64,000 nucleotides of DNA, from positions 3,493-67,492 of IMG/VR virus record IMGVR_UViG_3300037069_000806, one strand, 5' to 3'. The DNA comes from a virus. This document shows, in pieces, positions 1 to 10,144 of this stretch. Each line of letters opens with the position of its first letter. Within the stretch, counting starts at the first letter, position 1. The notes below the pieces were generated by a model. That model saw nothing but the letters and a program-made list of their open reading frames with translations. It was not told where the DNA came from and did no database searches. A program made the translations under genes and the position numbers.

Positions 1-1513
1 CTGCTACGTCGTCCGCTCGATCCGGAGTGACGCGGTTGCGGGCACGCTGCACGTGGCGGACCGGCAGGCCATCGCGGCTCCCACGACCAAGGCGCGCGCA
101 GGGACGACTGCGACCATCACGACGGGCGCGCCACACGGGCTCCTGATCGGTCAGACGGTCACCGTCACGGGCGTGGACGCCGCGCTCGACGGCACTTGGC
201 CGGTTCTCTCCACCCCGACAAGCACGACCTTCACGTACGCGACAACGGCCTCAGGCACCATCGCCTCGGCAGCGGCCACCGGCACCATCGTGGTCAACGC
301 CATGGCGGTCTCCGCCGTCTCGGCGGGCGCGTGGGCTGGCAACGTCTACGTCGAGGTCCGCGACTCCGCGACTGCGGGCCCGGGTACCGGCCGGTTCGAT
401 CTGGTCGTTCGGTACGGCGGCACGGCGGACAGCAACGTGGTGGAGCGCTTCGCCGACGTCACGCTGAACCCGTTGGACAGCCGCTACGTCGTCGGCATCG
501 TCAACAGCGCCCAGTCAGGTTCGACCTACATCAACCTGACCAACCTGGAGGTTGGCACCTGGGCGGTCACCGAGACCCCCGTCGTGCTCGCTCCGGCTGC
601 GCTTGCCGGTGCTGCGGACGGTTCGGGCAGTTACAACCGGGTCGCGGACACGCAGGCTCTGGAAGCGGTGGGGACGGTCCTGGACGTCAACCTCCCGGGC
701 TACACCAACCAGACTGACCTGAACACCCTGATTGCCTGGGCCGAGACCAACAACAACTACTTCCTGGTGATCGACAGTCCGGCCACCGCCGCGACTGAGG
801 CGGCGACCATGTCCGCTATCCAGGCCTACCTCGTGGGCGGTGGCTCGGCGCTGACGCCGACCTCCAAGGCCGCGATCTACGGCCCGTGGCTGAACGTGGA
901 CGACCCGCTCCAGCAGATCCCCGGCTCGATCAAGCCGCTGCCCCCGGGCGGCGCGGTGCTCGGCCGGTTCTCGCAGAGCGACGCGACCCGTGGGGTGCAG
1001 AAGGCTCCGGCGGGAATCGACATTCCGCTACGCGGCATCGTCAGCGTCACCCAGCGGTTCGTGTCCTCCAACCAGGACACCCTGAACCAGGCGGGTTTCA
1101 ACCTGATCAAGCCGATCCCGGGCGCAGGCATCTGCGTCATGGGCGCGCGCACCCTGAAGTCAGGTACTCCGGACCGCTACGTCAGCATCCGACGCAGCCT
1201 TCAGGTGATCGAGAAGTCGCTGGTGGACAACACCCGGTTCGCGATCTTCGAGCCGAACGACAGCGACCTGTGGGACACCATCGGGGCGATCCTCACTCAG
1301 TACCTCACTGCGATGTTGCAGATCGGGGTCCTGAAGGGGGCCAGTCCCGAGGAGGCGTTCTACGTCAAGTGCGACAACGAGAACAACTCAGCCTCCGACG
1401 CGGCGAGCGGAATCGTCAACGTCGAGGTGGGCGTGGCTCTCGCATCTCCTGCGGAGTTCATCGTGATCCGCATCGGCCAGTTCGACGGTGGCACCGCCAC
1501 CTCTACTTCGTAA
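1..1513 (+). CDS. Contractile tail sheath protein (5' truncated by the window)
   Basis: Frame is open from position 2 (CYVVR, typical sheath N-terminal motif). C-terminal sheath motifs include YGPW, GVQKAPAG, GARTL, YVSIRR, FEPND..LW and PAEFIVIRI. Confidence 0.95.
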   Translation, partial: CYVVRSIRSDAVAGTLHVADRQAIAAPTTKARAGTTATITTGAPHGLLIGQTVTVTGVDAALDGTWPVLSTPTSTTFTYATTASGTIASAAATGTIVVNAMAVSAVSAGAWAGNVYVEVRDSATAGPGTGRFDLVVRYGGTADSNVVERFADVTLNPLDSRYVVGIVNSAQSGSTYINLTNLEVGTWAVTETPVVLAPAALAGAADGSGSYNRVADTQALEAVGTVLDVNLPGYTNQTDLNTLIAWAETNNNYFLVIDSPATAATEAATMSAIQAYLVGGGSALTPTSKAAIYGPWLNVDDPLQQIPGSIKPLPPGGAVLGRFSQSDATRGVQKAPAGIDIPLRGIVSVTQRFVSSNQDTLNQAGFNLIKPIPGAGICVMGARTLKSGTPDRYVSIRRSLQVIEKSLVDNTRFAIFEPNDSDLWDTIGAILTQYLTAMLQIGVLKGASPEEAFYVKCDNENNSASDAASGIVNVEVGVALASPAEFIVIRIGQFDGGTATSTS

Positions 1514-1527
1514 GGGTGAGGTAACTG

Positions 1528-2097
1528 ATGGCTGGGGCTACGAGCGTCACTGTCAAGCCGACCATCGCACACATCGCGACGGATCCGCTTCGCAACTTCA
1601 AGTTCATCGTCCAGATCTATCACCCCCGCATTCGTGGGTTCGCCACGATGGGCTTCATGTCCGTCAGTGGTCTGAACATCACGACGGAGGTGATCCCGTA
1701 CCGGCAGGGTGGGTTCAACACCACCACCCAGAAGATGCCTGGGCAGAGCGACTTCGCGCCGCTCACCTTGTCCAAGGGCCTTGCGGTCGGGTCGGACTCG
1801 GCGGCCTACCAGTGGATGAGCGAACTGTTCACGGTCATGCAGGGCACAGGCACGGGCTCTCCCGGCCAGGACTTCCGGCAGACCGTCGATGTCAAGGTGC
1901 TCGACCACCCCGTGACCACCAAGATCGTGCCGGTGAAGGCAGCCTTCCGCGTGTACAACGCGTGGCCGACCGCCATCGCCTTCAGCGACCTGGACGCGGG
2001 CGCGAACGCGATCATCATCAACCAGATGACGCTGGCTCACGAGGGCTGGCAGATGAAGTTGGCCGACAAGGTCGGCCCGCACGGGGTCTCGTTCTAG
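1528..2097 (+). CDS. Tail tube protein (T4 gp19-like)
   Basis: DPLRNFKF...SVSGL...EVIPYRQGG...KMPG...LTLSKG...YNAWP...LAHEG; directly follows the sheath; GAGGT SD. Confidence 0.93.
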   Translation: MAGATSVTVKPTIAHIATDPLRNFKFIVQIYHPRIRGFATMGFMSVSGLNITTEVIPYRQGGFNTTTQKMPGQSDFAPLTLSKGLAVGSDSAAYQWMSELFTVMQGTGTGSPGQDFRQTVDVKVLDHPVTTKIVPVKAAFRVYNAWPTAIAFSDLDAGANAIIINQMTLAHEGWQMKLADKVGPHGVSF

Positions 2098-2139
2098 TCC
2101 TGACCCCCGCACAACCCGTCGCACACTTAGGAGCACCTG

Positions 2140-2991
2140 ATGGAGTTTGCCAACGACCCGTTTGAGGACGAAGACAGCAAGACCGTGGACGCCACGGCAC
2201 CCGGGGCCGACACGGCCGCGATCAACGCAGCGGCTGCGTCTGTCACGTCCGGCACTGTTCATCAGGCTCCGACACTGGCTGGCCCGGAGGACGGATACGT
2301 CCGTCTTCCGGGTGGTCTTGTCATCGACGGGGAACTGGTGCAGTCAGCCGAGGTCCGGGAACTGACCGGCGAGGACGAGGAGTACATCGCTCGGGCGCGT
2401 GGTCACGTAACCCGGTACCTCAGCGCCATCCTGGATCGGGGCGTCGTGCGCATTGGTGACACCCCCGCAAACCCCACACTGCTGAAGGAACTCCTGCTCG
2501 GCGACCGGGACGCACTGCTGCTCGGGATCCGGGTGGTCACCTTCGGTCGGACGATCCCGGTGGAGAAGTACTCCTGCACCGGCTGCCAGCAGTCCATGGA
2601 CATCGAGGTCGACGTGACCACGATCCCGGTGCGCGACGGCGACGAGGCAGGCAAGGCGTACGAGGTTCCGCTGCGTAAGGGCGGGGTCGCCATGGTGCGG
2701 CTGCCTGTCGGTGCGGACCAGCGCGCGGTCTTCGAGAACCAGGATCTGAATCCGGCGGAGGCCAACACGATCCTGCTCGCCCGCGTGGTCGATTCGCTCG
2801 ACGGCAAGAAGGTCAAGCGGTCAACCGACACCGTGAAGCGTCTCGGTGTTGCGGACAGGAAGCGCATCCTGGACTTCATCTCCGAGAAGCAGCCTGGACC
2901 GCTGTACGATGAGATCACCTTCGTCCACGAGGAGTGCGAAACCGAGAACCACGTGTTCCTCGGAGTGGTGGACTTGTTTCGGGATCTCTGA
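2140..2991 (+). CDS. Tail assembly chaperone / baseplate hub assembly protein (T4 gp26-like)
   Basis: RELTGEDEE, LLLGDRDALLLGIRVVTFG and CxxC motifs; lies between tube and tape measure; AGGAG SD. Confidence 0.8.
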   Translation: MEFANDPFEDEDSKTVDATAPGADTAAINAAAASVTSGTVHQAPTLAGPEDGYVRLPGGLVIDGELVQSAEVRELTGEDEEYIARARGHVTRYLSAILDRGVVRIGDTPANPTLLKELLLGDRDALLLGIRVVTFGRTIPVEKYSCTGCQQSMDIEVDVTTIPVRDGDEAGKAYEVPLRKGGVAMVRLPVGADQRAVFENQDLNPAEANTILLARVVDSLDGKKVKRSTDTVKRLGVADRKRILDFISEKQPGPLYDEITFVHEECETENHVFLGVVDLFRDL

Positions 2992-3139
2992 TCCCAGGGA
3001 TGCGCATCACGAGATCGTCGCAATCATCGAGGAACACCCCGGCTGGAGCCTGACGGAAGTTCGCCGGTTGTCGGTGCGGGAGCGCGCCTTCTGGTACCAG
3101 AAGGCCCTCTATGACCTTGAGCGAAGGACGAACTCGTGA
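2978..3139 (+). CDS. C-terminal extension of the chaperone, probably reached by +1 frameshift
   Basis: GWSLTEVRRLSVRERAFW is typical of the second chaperone segment. It has no usable own start or SD and is in the +1 frame at TTG-TTT-CGG (2974-2982). Confidence 0.65.
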   Translation, partial: FGISDPRDAHHEIVAIIEEHPGWSLTEVRRLSVRERAFWYQKALYDLERRTNS

Positions 3140-6075
3140 GCGATGAGACGCCGGTAGGCGCTGGCCGCATCGCGGGTTCGAACAATCTCCAGCATTCCAT
3201 TGACGCCAACACCCGCGCGGTTCAGTCGCAGGCTGGTGTCCTCTCCCGTGTGGCCCAGGGCCTGTCCACCATGACCCGCAACAGCGGGGGCACCGGCACG
3301 ATCCGCAGCCAGGGCATGTCCGGCGGTATCGCCAACGGAGGCGGCGCGTCCTTCGGCTCTCTTGGTGGCATCCTTCGCATGGGCGGGGGCGTCGCCAGCG
3401 GTGGTGGCTTCCCTCGTATCGGTGGGGGCCTCGGATACGCCGGGGTCGCGGCTGATGTCGCTTCCTCCTACGGTGACATGCACATGGCCAACCAGGCCAT
3501 GCGGGACTACAACGCCAACCTGTTCGGGTCGGGTCCGTTCCGCTCGACCAACGGCGGCTACCGTGGCGCGCTCTACGGCATGTCCTACAACAAGAACTAC
3601 GGCCAGGGCACCGCTGACATGCAGTCCGCTCAGTGGACCCTGGGATGGGCCTCCAACCAGCAGGTCGGCTCGAACCGGTGGAACGCGATCCAGCAGTCGG
3701 TGGGTTCGTTCGGAACCATCGCCCGCTGGCGTTCGGCCTCTGACATCGCTGCCACCCAGGCGCGGCTCAACAGCGCCCAGGGCTACTACCAGATGTCCCA
3801 GTTCGGCATCCGAACGGACGTCCGAGGCCAGCAGCAGAGCATGGGCCAGATCAACAACCAGATCCTCGCTCGGTCCGGAGTCAGCCTCGGGGGGATGAAC
3901 CAGGCGCAGATCAAGGCCACGTTCTCAGACAACTCCGCGCTGGCTGGCAACTACGCCCGGATGGGCTTCTCCCAGGACGACATCCGGATGTTCATGCAGA
4001 ACAACGCCGCCAAGGCGCAGGCGATGTCCAAGGGCATGAGCGCCTCTGAGTACGACAAGAACGTCGCGGCGATGGCCAACAACGACTCCGGCGCGCGCAA
4101 GCGGCTGGAGGGTGCCATCGGCAAGAGCATGGTCGACTCCATCGGGAGCCGTCAGACCTCGGCCGAGAACCAGCAGGTCCAGCAGACCCAGGCCTTTGCC
4201 AACGCAACGATTGCTGCGACCGACGCGGTCAAGAAGTTCTCCGACATGCTCAATGTGGTCCTGGCCAAGTCGGGCCTGTCCATGCTTATGGGCGGTGGAG
4301 CGGGAGGTAGCAGCGTCCTCGACAGCGCGCTCGGCATGGGCAACCAGTTGAGTGGTCTGGGCGGCAGCCGAATGATGAGCAAGATCCCGGGTGTCGGCCG
4401 GTTGCTGGGTCGCTTCGGTGGAATCGCCGGGGAGGCTGAGCAGGGAGCGGGCCTCCTTGGTCGACTGGGTGGGCTGGGAAAGTTCGCCGGAGTTGGTGGG
4501 AAGTTGCTTCGGGGAGCGAGCATCGCAGGGTGGGCGTCCCTCGCTGGTGGCGCTATCGGAGGCATGATCTCTGACGGCCACGGCGGGGCTCGGGACAAGT
4601 GGGGACATGCCCTCAGCGGGGCAGCCACAGGCGCAGGCATCGGCGCGGCGGCCGGGTCCTTCATCCCCGGTGTGGGCACGGCCATCGGCGCGGGCATCGG
4701 TGGACTGATCGGCGCGGGCTGGTCTCTGTTCGGCGGCGGTAAGGGTGGCCCCAGCACCGGCCAGGCGGCGGGCGGCGGCCAGGGCAGTGGCACTATCCGC
4801 TCAGCCGGTGACGCGGTGTCCTGGGCTGAGCAGGAGGCCTACCACCCGTCGCAGAACTACTTCGACATGTGCGACTACTTCGTCGCGTCTTGCTTCGGCT
4901 TGTCCGCATCTGGATACGCCAGCGCCAAGGCGCACTGGAACAACATCCCGAACAAGATGAAGCACACGGACCGGAACCCTCCGGCCGGGGCCATGGTCTT
5001 CTGGGACATCGGATCGTACGGACACATCGCGCTGTCCGTCGGCGGCGGCAAGGTCGCGTCGACCGACATCATGGAGCGGGGCAAGGTCTCTGTGGTCCCG
5101 CTCGGGACCATCGAGAAGAAGTGGCGTGCCAAGTACCTGGGATGGGCTCCGCCCTACTACCAGGGCCGCACCGGCAGCGTCGGCGGCAACGCGGGCTCCT
5201 CCGGCGCATCGGTAAACGGGTCGCTGGCTGCCACCACCATCGGTTCGGCCGGTGCGACAGCGGCTGGTGGGTACTCCGACCTAGGGGGCAACAGTGAGGC
5301 AGCGATCATCGCGGCGGCCCTGGGTCGCTCGGCTTCCGGCACTCGCAGCGGCGTGAGCGCAGGCACCGGATCCCCGTCCGGCGGGCGCACCTCCGGCGGG
5401 CAAGCGGCGGCTGGTGGCGCACCTGGCAAGGCACCGACCGGAACCCTGGCCTCGTGGATCAACCAGGCCTTGAGCGACATGGGCATGAGCGGCGCGGGCA
5501 ACGCGGCGATCCTGAACACGATCATCAAGCACGAGTCAGGGGGCAACCCGCGCGCGATCAACAACTGGGACAGCAACGCCAAGGCTGGACACCCGTCCGA
5601 GGGTCTGATGCAGGTGATCGGCCCAACATTCAAGGCGCACATGATGTCCGGGCACGGAGACATCTGGAACCCGGTCGACAACATCATCGCCGGGACCCGC
5701 TACGCCCTGGGCCGCTACCACTCGCTGAACAACGTCCCTGGAATCGTCTCGCTGCGAAACGGCGGCAAGTACGTGGGGTACAAGGACGGTGCCTGGCGGA
5801 TCGGTGAAGATCAGGTCGCCCCGATCCACAAGGGCGAGATGGTCCTGGACGCCCGCTCTGCGGAGACCGTCCGGCAGGCCCTGATGCGTGACACCCACGG
5901 AAGCGCCAGCGGTGGCAAGGGTGGTGGAAGCGGCGCGGTTCTCGTGTTCAAGGAGGGCAGCGTAGTCATCCACGCTCGGGGCACCTCCGACGATGACATG
6001 CGCCAGGCCGCCAAGGTCTTCGCGGAGAACGTCGCGAACGACAACCGGATCAAGCAACTCCAGGACGGTTTCTGA
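3136..6075 (+). CDS. Tape measure protein with C-terminal NlpC/P60 (CHAP-like) and SLT lytic transglycosylase domains
   Basis: Long Gly/Ala-rich helical protein. MCDYFV...VFW..GSYGHIAL gives a Cys/His dyad. IIKHESGGNPRAINNWDSNA..GHPSEGLMQ is an SLT signature. Confidence 0.9.
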   Translation: MSDETPVGAGRIAGSNNLQHSIDANTRAVQSQAGVLSRVAQGLSTMTRNSGGTGTIRSQGMSGGIANGGGASFGSLGGILRMGGGVASGGGFPRIGGGLGYAGVAADVASSYGDMHMANQAMRDYNANLFGSGPFRSTNGGYRGALYGMSYNKNYGQGTADMQSAQWTLGWASNQQVGSNRWNAIQQSVGSFGTIARWRSASDIAATQARLNSAQGYYQMSQFGIRTDVRGQQQSMGQINNQILARSGVSLGGMNQAQIKATFSDNSALAGNYARMGFSQDDIRMFMQNNAAKAQAMSKGMSASEYDKNVAAMANNDSGARKRLEGAIGKSMVDSIGSRQTSAENQQVQQTQAFANATIAATDAVKKFSDMLNVVLAKSGLSMLMGGGAGGSSVLDSALGMGNQLSGLGGSRMMSKIPGVGRLLGRFGGIAGEAEQGAGLLGRLGGLGKFAGVGGKLLRGASIAGWASLAGGAIGGMISDGHGGARDKWGHALSGAATGAGIGAAAGSFIPGVGTAIGAGIGGLIGAGWSLFGGGKGGPSTGQAAGGGQGSGTIRSAGDAVSWAEQEAYHPSQNYFDMCDYFVASCFGLSASGYASAKAHWNNIPNKMKHTDRNPPAGAMVFWDIGSYGHIALSVGGGKVASTDIMERGKVSVVPLGTIEKKWRAKYLGWAPPYYQGRTGSVGGNAGSSGASVNGSLAATTIGSAGATAAGGYSDLGGNSEAAIIAAALGRSASGTRSGVSAGTGSPSGGRTSGGQAAAGGAPGKAPTGTLASWINQALSDMGMSGAGNAAILNTIIKHESGGNPRAINNWDSNAKAGHPSEGLMQVIGPTFKAHMMSGHGDIWNPVDNIIAGTRYALGRYHSLNNVPGIVSLRNGGKYVGYKDGAWRIGEDQVAPIHKGEMVLDARSAETVRQALMRDTHGSASGGKGGGSGAVLVFKEGSVVIHARGTSDDDMRQAAKVFAENVANDNRIKQLQDGF

Positions 6076-6956
6076 TGCCTGTTCCCCCGCCCCAGGACAA
6101 CAACATCGGCAGCGGCGACGCCACGATTGGCTCAGCCACCTACGACTACATCGTCGGCACCGGATCCAACGGCAAGCCGTCTAAGCAGGGACTGGTGTAC
6201 TACCAGCCTGCCTTCGACCCGCGCATCCTCACGACCCCGCACTGGGGCGGCGTTCCGGTGCAGCGCGGTCGGATCCGCACGGACCCTCAGTTCGCTCCCG
6301 ACCCTATCTACACCAACCTGGGTCTGAACTTCCTGTACAACCCCACCCAGTTGGACGAGTCCTTCTCGGTCGACCCGACCGCTCAGCCTGCTGACGTGAA
6401 GAGCCAGTACGACACGTCCAAGCAGATCGGCGCGATGGGGCAGATGAACTTCAGCCTGCTCTTCGACCGCACCTACGAACTGTGGGACCGCAAGTACGTC
6501 AACACCCCAGTGGGGCAACTCGGCGTCTACACCGACGTTCGTCAGTTGTACGCCATGGTAGGGATGATCGACGCCCAGAAGATCTTCAGCGAGAACATCG
6601 AGCCCATCGCATACCCCATGACCGGCGTCTCATGCTGGTTCTTCTTCGGCAACCAGTACGGGGACCCCCCTCACCGGAACCGTGGTCCCCAGCCGGTGAA
6701 GAGGGGCGCGCAGAACCGCTCCCTGATCTACTACGGCCGAATCATCGGTCTCGACGTGACGTACTCCTCGTGGACCGAGTCGATGACTCCCAAGCGGGCG
6801 GCCGTGAGCCTCACGGTGCAGATGATGACCCCGTCCCAGTCTCACATCGACTTCACCAACCCTCCGTGGAGCAACAACAACTCCGGGGGCGGCGCAGCCA
6901 GTCCGACCAAGCCCGCACCAAAGGCATCACCGCCTGTCTACTTCCGGGGGCACTGA
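6075..6956 (+). CDS. Baseplate / tail tube initiator protein
   Basis: FLYNPT, FSLLFDRTYE and YYGRI..LDVTY..W..SMTPKRA motifs; follows the tape measure. Confidence 0.7.
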   Translation: MPVPPPQDNNIGSGDATIGSATYDYIVGTGSNGKPSKQGLVYYQPAFDPRILTTPHWGGVPVQRGRIRTDPQFAPDPIYTNLGLNFLYNPTQLDESFSVDPTAQPADVKSQYDTSKQIGAMGQMNFSLLFDRTYELWDRKYVNTPVGQLGVYTDVRQLYAMVGMIDAQKIFSENIEPIAYPMTGVSCWFFFGNQYGDPPHRNRGPQPVKRGAQNRSLIYYGRIIGLDVTYSSWTESMTPKRAAVSLTVQMMTPSQSHIDFTNPPWSNNNSGGGAASPTKPAPKASPPVYFRGH

Positions 6957-7234
6957 TGATCTCGACACGATCCCGATACCGCACCAGTCCGCTCGGCCGC
7001 GTGGCCGACCGCAACGGTGTCCTCCAGACCGCGATCCTGCCCTCCTTCCCGTCCACGATGATCGTGAACTACACGGAGTACCAGTGGGCGTCGGGCGACC
7101 GACCGGACCTTCTAGCGACAGCCTTCTTCGGCGACCCCGCGTCGTGGTGGCGCATCGCCAACACCAATCCAGAGATCCTCATCTGGGACGAGGTGCTGGC
7201 GGGCACCGTCATCAGGATCCCTGATGTCAGTTAG
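6956..7234 (+). CDS. LysM-like baseplate (tail X-like) protein
   Basis: ATG overlaps the previous stop; SRY...GDRPDLLA..FFGDP..WWRIA..NP....GTVIRIP. Confidence 0.85.
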   Translation: MISTRSRYRTSPLGRVADRNGVLQTAILPSFPSTMIVNYTEYQWASGDRPDLLATAFFGDPASWWRIANTNPEILIWDEVLAGTVIRIPDVS

Positions 7235-8465
7235 CCCTCCGATGCTCAACCGGTACCTGGCGACCCGCCCGTTCCTGTCTCCCCGGATCGTCGTCGGACA
7301 GATTGCTGAGAGTCGAGATGTGGTCGGCTTCGACCTCATCGAGGAAGACGGCAAGCACGACGTTGCGATGATCACGATTCGCTACCCTCTGCCCGCACGG
7401 GGGAACCGTCCCACGGTGTCCTCGGCCGCCCTCTGGCCCACGAGCACCCCGGTGTCTGTCACGTGGGACCCGAAGGGGATCTACACCGACACCTTCTATG
7501 GCTACGTGCGCGGGCACACCGCCAAGCGGGACATCACCAAGACTCTGAACCGAGTCCTCTACGACGTGACCTACATCTGCACCGGCTCCTCTTTCCCCAT
7601 GATGTCTACCAACTCCAAGGACTGGGGAACCGTCTCGGCGTCGTACATCGCGACCACGCTTGCCAAGGCTTATGGACTCCGTGCCGTGGTCGACCCGCAC
7701 CCCCTGGTCCAGCCGTTCAACCAGTTCCGCACCAGCGACTACAAGTTCCTGGCTGACCTGGCCAATCGAATCGGCTACCGGTTCCGGGTGACCGGCGGCA
7801 CGCTCTACTTCACCAACCCGATGCGCGAGTTCGAGATGGGACGTCGCCAGGGCGTGGCGGAGTTCTCGATGTATCAAAGGCCTAACCAGACAGACACCCT
7901 GCGCACCTTCCAGACCGTAGAAGGCGAGACCCTTTCCGACGGGGGAGTAGCAGCCAAGCACGAGATCACTCTGTCTCGCGGGAACGGCCGACCGCTGAAG
8001 GCAACCAGTGCGGCGTACCAGCACACAGTCTTCGGGGAGTCCGAGGGCGGCGGCCCGAACCTGAACCTGACCTTGGCATCTACCCAGTACACGCCGACCA
8101 ACTACGCCGAGGCTCAGGCCCTGGTCGACGCTGAAGCGCTGAAGAACTTCTACTGGGTCGCTGCCACCGCAACGACAGCCGGTGACGCTCGCGTTCATCC
8201 TGGCGGTGTGGTCATGCTCGACGGTGACGCGCTTAACACGGAGTACCAAGGATCGTGGATGGTTAAGAGAGCGCACCACCGCATCTCGCGCAGCACATAC
8301 GGGCGAACCTGGCGGGAGGCATACGACATGGACCTGACCTTGGGACGCAACGCAACGGCCCAGAGTGTGACCCGCGTGATCCCCGCCGAGTGGTTGGCAG
8401 CGGTGGCAGAGGTTCCCGTCGTGCAGCAGAACGGCTTGTGGATCGCAGGAGCCCCCGGTGGCTGA
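7224..8465 (+). CDS. Baseplate hub protein (GpD/gp27-like)
   Basis: [17 protein letters not shown] and [11 protein letters not shown]...[10 protein letters not shown] motifs; synteny. Confidence 0.8.
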   Translation: MSVSPPMLNRYLATRPFLSPRIVVGQIAESRDVVGFDLIEEDGKHDVAMITIRYPLPARGNRPTVSSAALWPTSTPVSVTWDPKGIYTDTFYGYVRGHTAKRDITKTLNRVLYDVTYICTGSSFPMMSTNSKDWGTVSASYIATTLAKAYGLRAVVDPHPLVQPFNQFRTSDYKFLADLANRIGYRFRVTGGTLYFTNPMREFEMGRRQGVAEFSMYQRPNQTDTLRTFQTVEGETLSDGGVAAKHEITLSRGNGRPLKATSAAYQHTVFGESEGGGPNLNLTLASTQYTPTNYAEAQALVDAEALKNFYWVAATATTAGDARVHPGGVVMLDGDALNTEYQGSWMVKRAHHRISRSTYGRTWREAYDMDLTLGRNATAQSVTRVIPAEWLAAVAEVPVVQQNGLWIAGAPGG

Positions 8466-10140
8466 CCTCTGCCTGTATCACGCCGTGGTTGTCACCGCTC
8501 GCACTGACGGCTCAGTTCGCGTCCGCATCCCCTCTCTCCTGGGCAGCGGCCTCAGTGGGTGGGTCAAGCCAAGCACTTCGGGAGCCACCGCACCGGCCCG
8601 GGGCACGGGTGTCTACATCGCGTTCGAGGGCGGCGATGTAACCAAGCCCGTCTACTTCACAGGTGGAGGAGGAGGTGGTGGCGGGGGAGGCGCAACCGGT
8701 CCGACCGGCCCCACCGGACCGACAGGCCCCCCGGGTGCTACTGGCCCAGCAGGTGCCACAGGGGCAACTGGCGCGCCTGGCACACCCGGTGCCGCTGGTG
8801 CGGCCGGGGCTGCCGGAGCAACTGGTCCTGCGGGAGCCGCAGGCCCCACGGGCTCGGCCGGGTCCGCAGGATCTACCGGGCCGACCGGGCCGACCGGGTC
8901 CACCGGACCGACAGGGCCAGCCGGGATGATCTGGGACGGGGCCTGGGCGTCGACCGTGTCGTACGTGCCGACCGACGTTGTGTCGTACGGCGGTTCCTCC
9001 TTCATCGCAATGCTCGCCAACCTCAACTACACCCCCGTGGTGGAGATGGTCTCCCGGGACTCCTTCACCCGGGCCGACTCCGCTACCTCGGCCGGATCCA
9101 TGGAGACCGGAGAGCCGTGGAACGCAGCGGCTGGTGTCTGGGGAATCTCCGGCGGCCAGTTGTATAGCGTGTCTCAGTCAGGGGCCGGGTCGCTGCTGAT
9201 CGCCGATGTGGCCAAGAGCGATCTGACGTTGTCCTACGACATCTTCCTGAACGGGTGTGGGCAGGCAGACTTTCGCTTTCGTTCCGATGTCACGGGGACC
9301 ACCGGACTGGAGATCCTCCTAACCGCTACCACCCTCTTCCTTTACGACATCGACGCGGCGGTGACCCGGGCGAGTGCGGCGGTCAGTACCGGGGGAACGC
9401 ACACCGTCAAGGTGGTCGCCGTCGGCACCAGCATCCAGGTGTACTGGGACGGCGGGCTCGCGATCACCTACTCCGGGGACACCCACTCCGGAACCTACAT
9501 CGGTCCTCACCTCTACAACGCGGACCCGTTCTTCGGCGACGCCCGGTTCGACAATGTCGTCGCGGCCCCGGCTGTCTGGGAACTGGTGGCGGAGGGTGGG
9601 ACCACCGGCTCAGTAGGTGCCACCGGGCCCGCTGGTGTGACCGGTCCCGTGGGGGCAACCGGTCCCGTCGGGGCCACCGGCTCCATCGGGGCAACCGGAG
9701 CGATTGGCCCCACCGGATCCACCGGTCCTGTGGGAGCAGGGGCTACTGGCGCAACCGGACCCGCCGGTCCAGCAGGTGCTACGGGCGCAACCGGACCAGC
9801 CGGTGCTGGCTCGACCGGACCGACCGGCCCTGCGGGCCCCGCTGGCGCTACCGGCGCGACCGGTCCTGCGGGGGCGGGATCGACCGGGCCTACTGGTCCG
9901 GCTGGTCCTGCCGGGGCTACCGGACCTACCGGTGCGGGAGCGACCGGGCCGACCGGCCCTGCGGGGCCTGCCGGGGCTACCGGCGCGACCGGGCCAACCG
10001 GGGCAGGGCTCACTGGAGCCACTGGACCGACTGGTGCGACGGGCCCCGCCGGGAGCACCGGACCCGGTGTTCTCGTCCTGAACTCTGGCGCGGCAGTGCC
10101 GGGCGGTACCCCAGCGGGCACCGTCATCCTTCGGAGGTAG
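8458..10140 (+). CDS. Baseplate spike (gpV/Gp5 OB-fold) fused to collagen-like repeats and a lectin/CBM-like domain
   Basis: N-terminal [31 protein letters not shown]. Two G-X-Y tracts flank [16 protein letters not shown] and a beta-sandwich. Confidence 0.8.
   Translation: MADLCLYHAVVVTARTDGSVRVRIPSLLGSGLSGWVKPSTSGATAPARGTGVYIAFEGGDVTKPVYFTGGGGGGGGGGATGPTGPTGPTGPPGATGPAGATGATGAPGTPGAAGAAGAAGATGPAGAAGPTGSAGSAGSTGPTGPTGSTGPTGPAGMIWDGAWASTVSYVPTDVVSYGGSSFIAMLANLNYTPVVEMVSRDSFTRADSATSAGSMETGEPWNAAAGVWGISGGQLYSVSQSGAGSLLIADVAKSDLTLSYDIFLNGCGQADFRFRSDVTGTTGLEILLTATTLFLYDIDAAVTRASAAVSTGGTHTVKVVAVGTSIQVYWDGGLAITYSGDTHSGTYIGPHLYNADPFFGDARFDNVVAAPAVWELVAEGGTTGSVGATGPAGVTGPVGATGPVGATGSIGATGAIGPTGSTGPVGAGATGATGPAGPAGATGATGPAGAGSTGPTGPAGPAGATGATGPAGAGSTGPTGPAGPAGATGPTGAGATGPTGPAGPAGATGATGPTGAGLTGATGPTGATGPAGSTGPGVLVLNSGAAVPGGTPAGTVILRR
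8690..8925 (+). repeat. Collagen-like G-X-Y coding repeat 1
   Basis: GAT/GPT/GPA triplets. Confidence 0.9.
9598..10068 (+). repeat. Collagen-like G-X-Y coding repeat 2, with a higher-order unit of about 23 aa ([23 protein letters not shown])
   Basis: Visible in the translation; interrupted by GA-G breaks. Confidence 0.9.
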
Positions 10141-10144
10141 GCCA

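Noticed and set aside
8690-10068. Repeats as a CRISPR array, DGR or VNTR element
   Set aside because: Explained by collagen G-X-Y coding with synonymous variation; no reverse transcriptase present.
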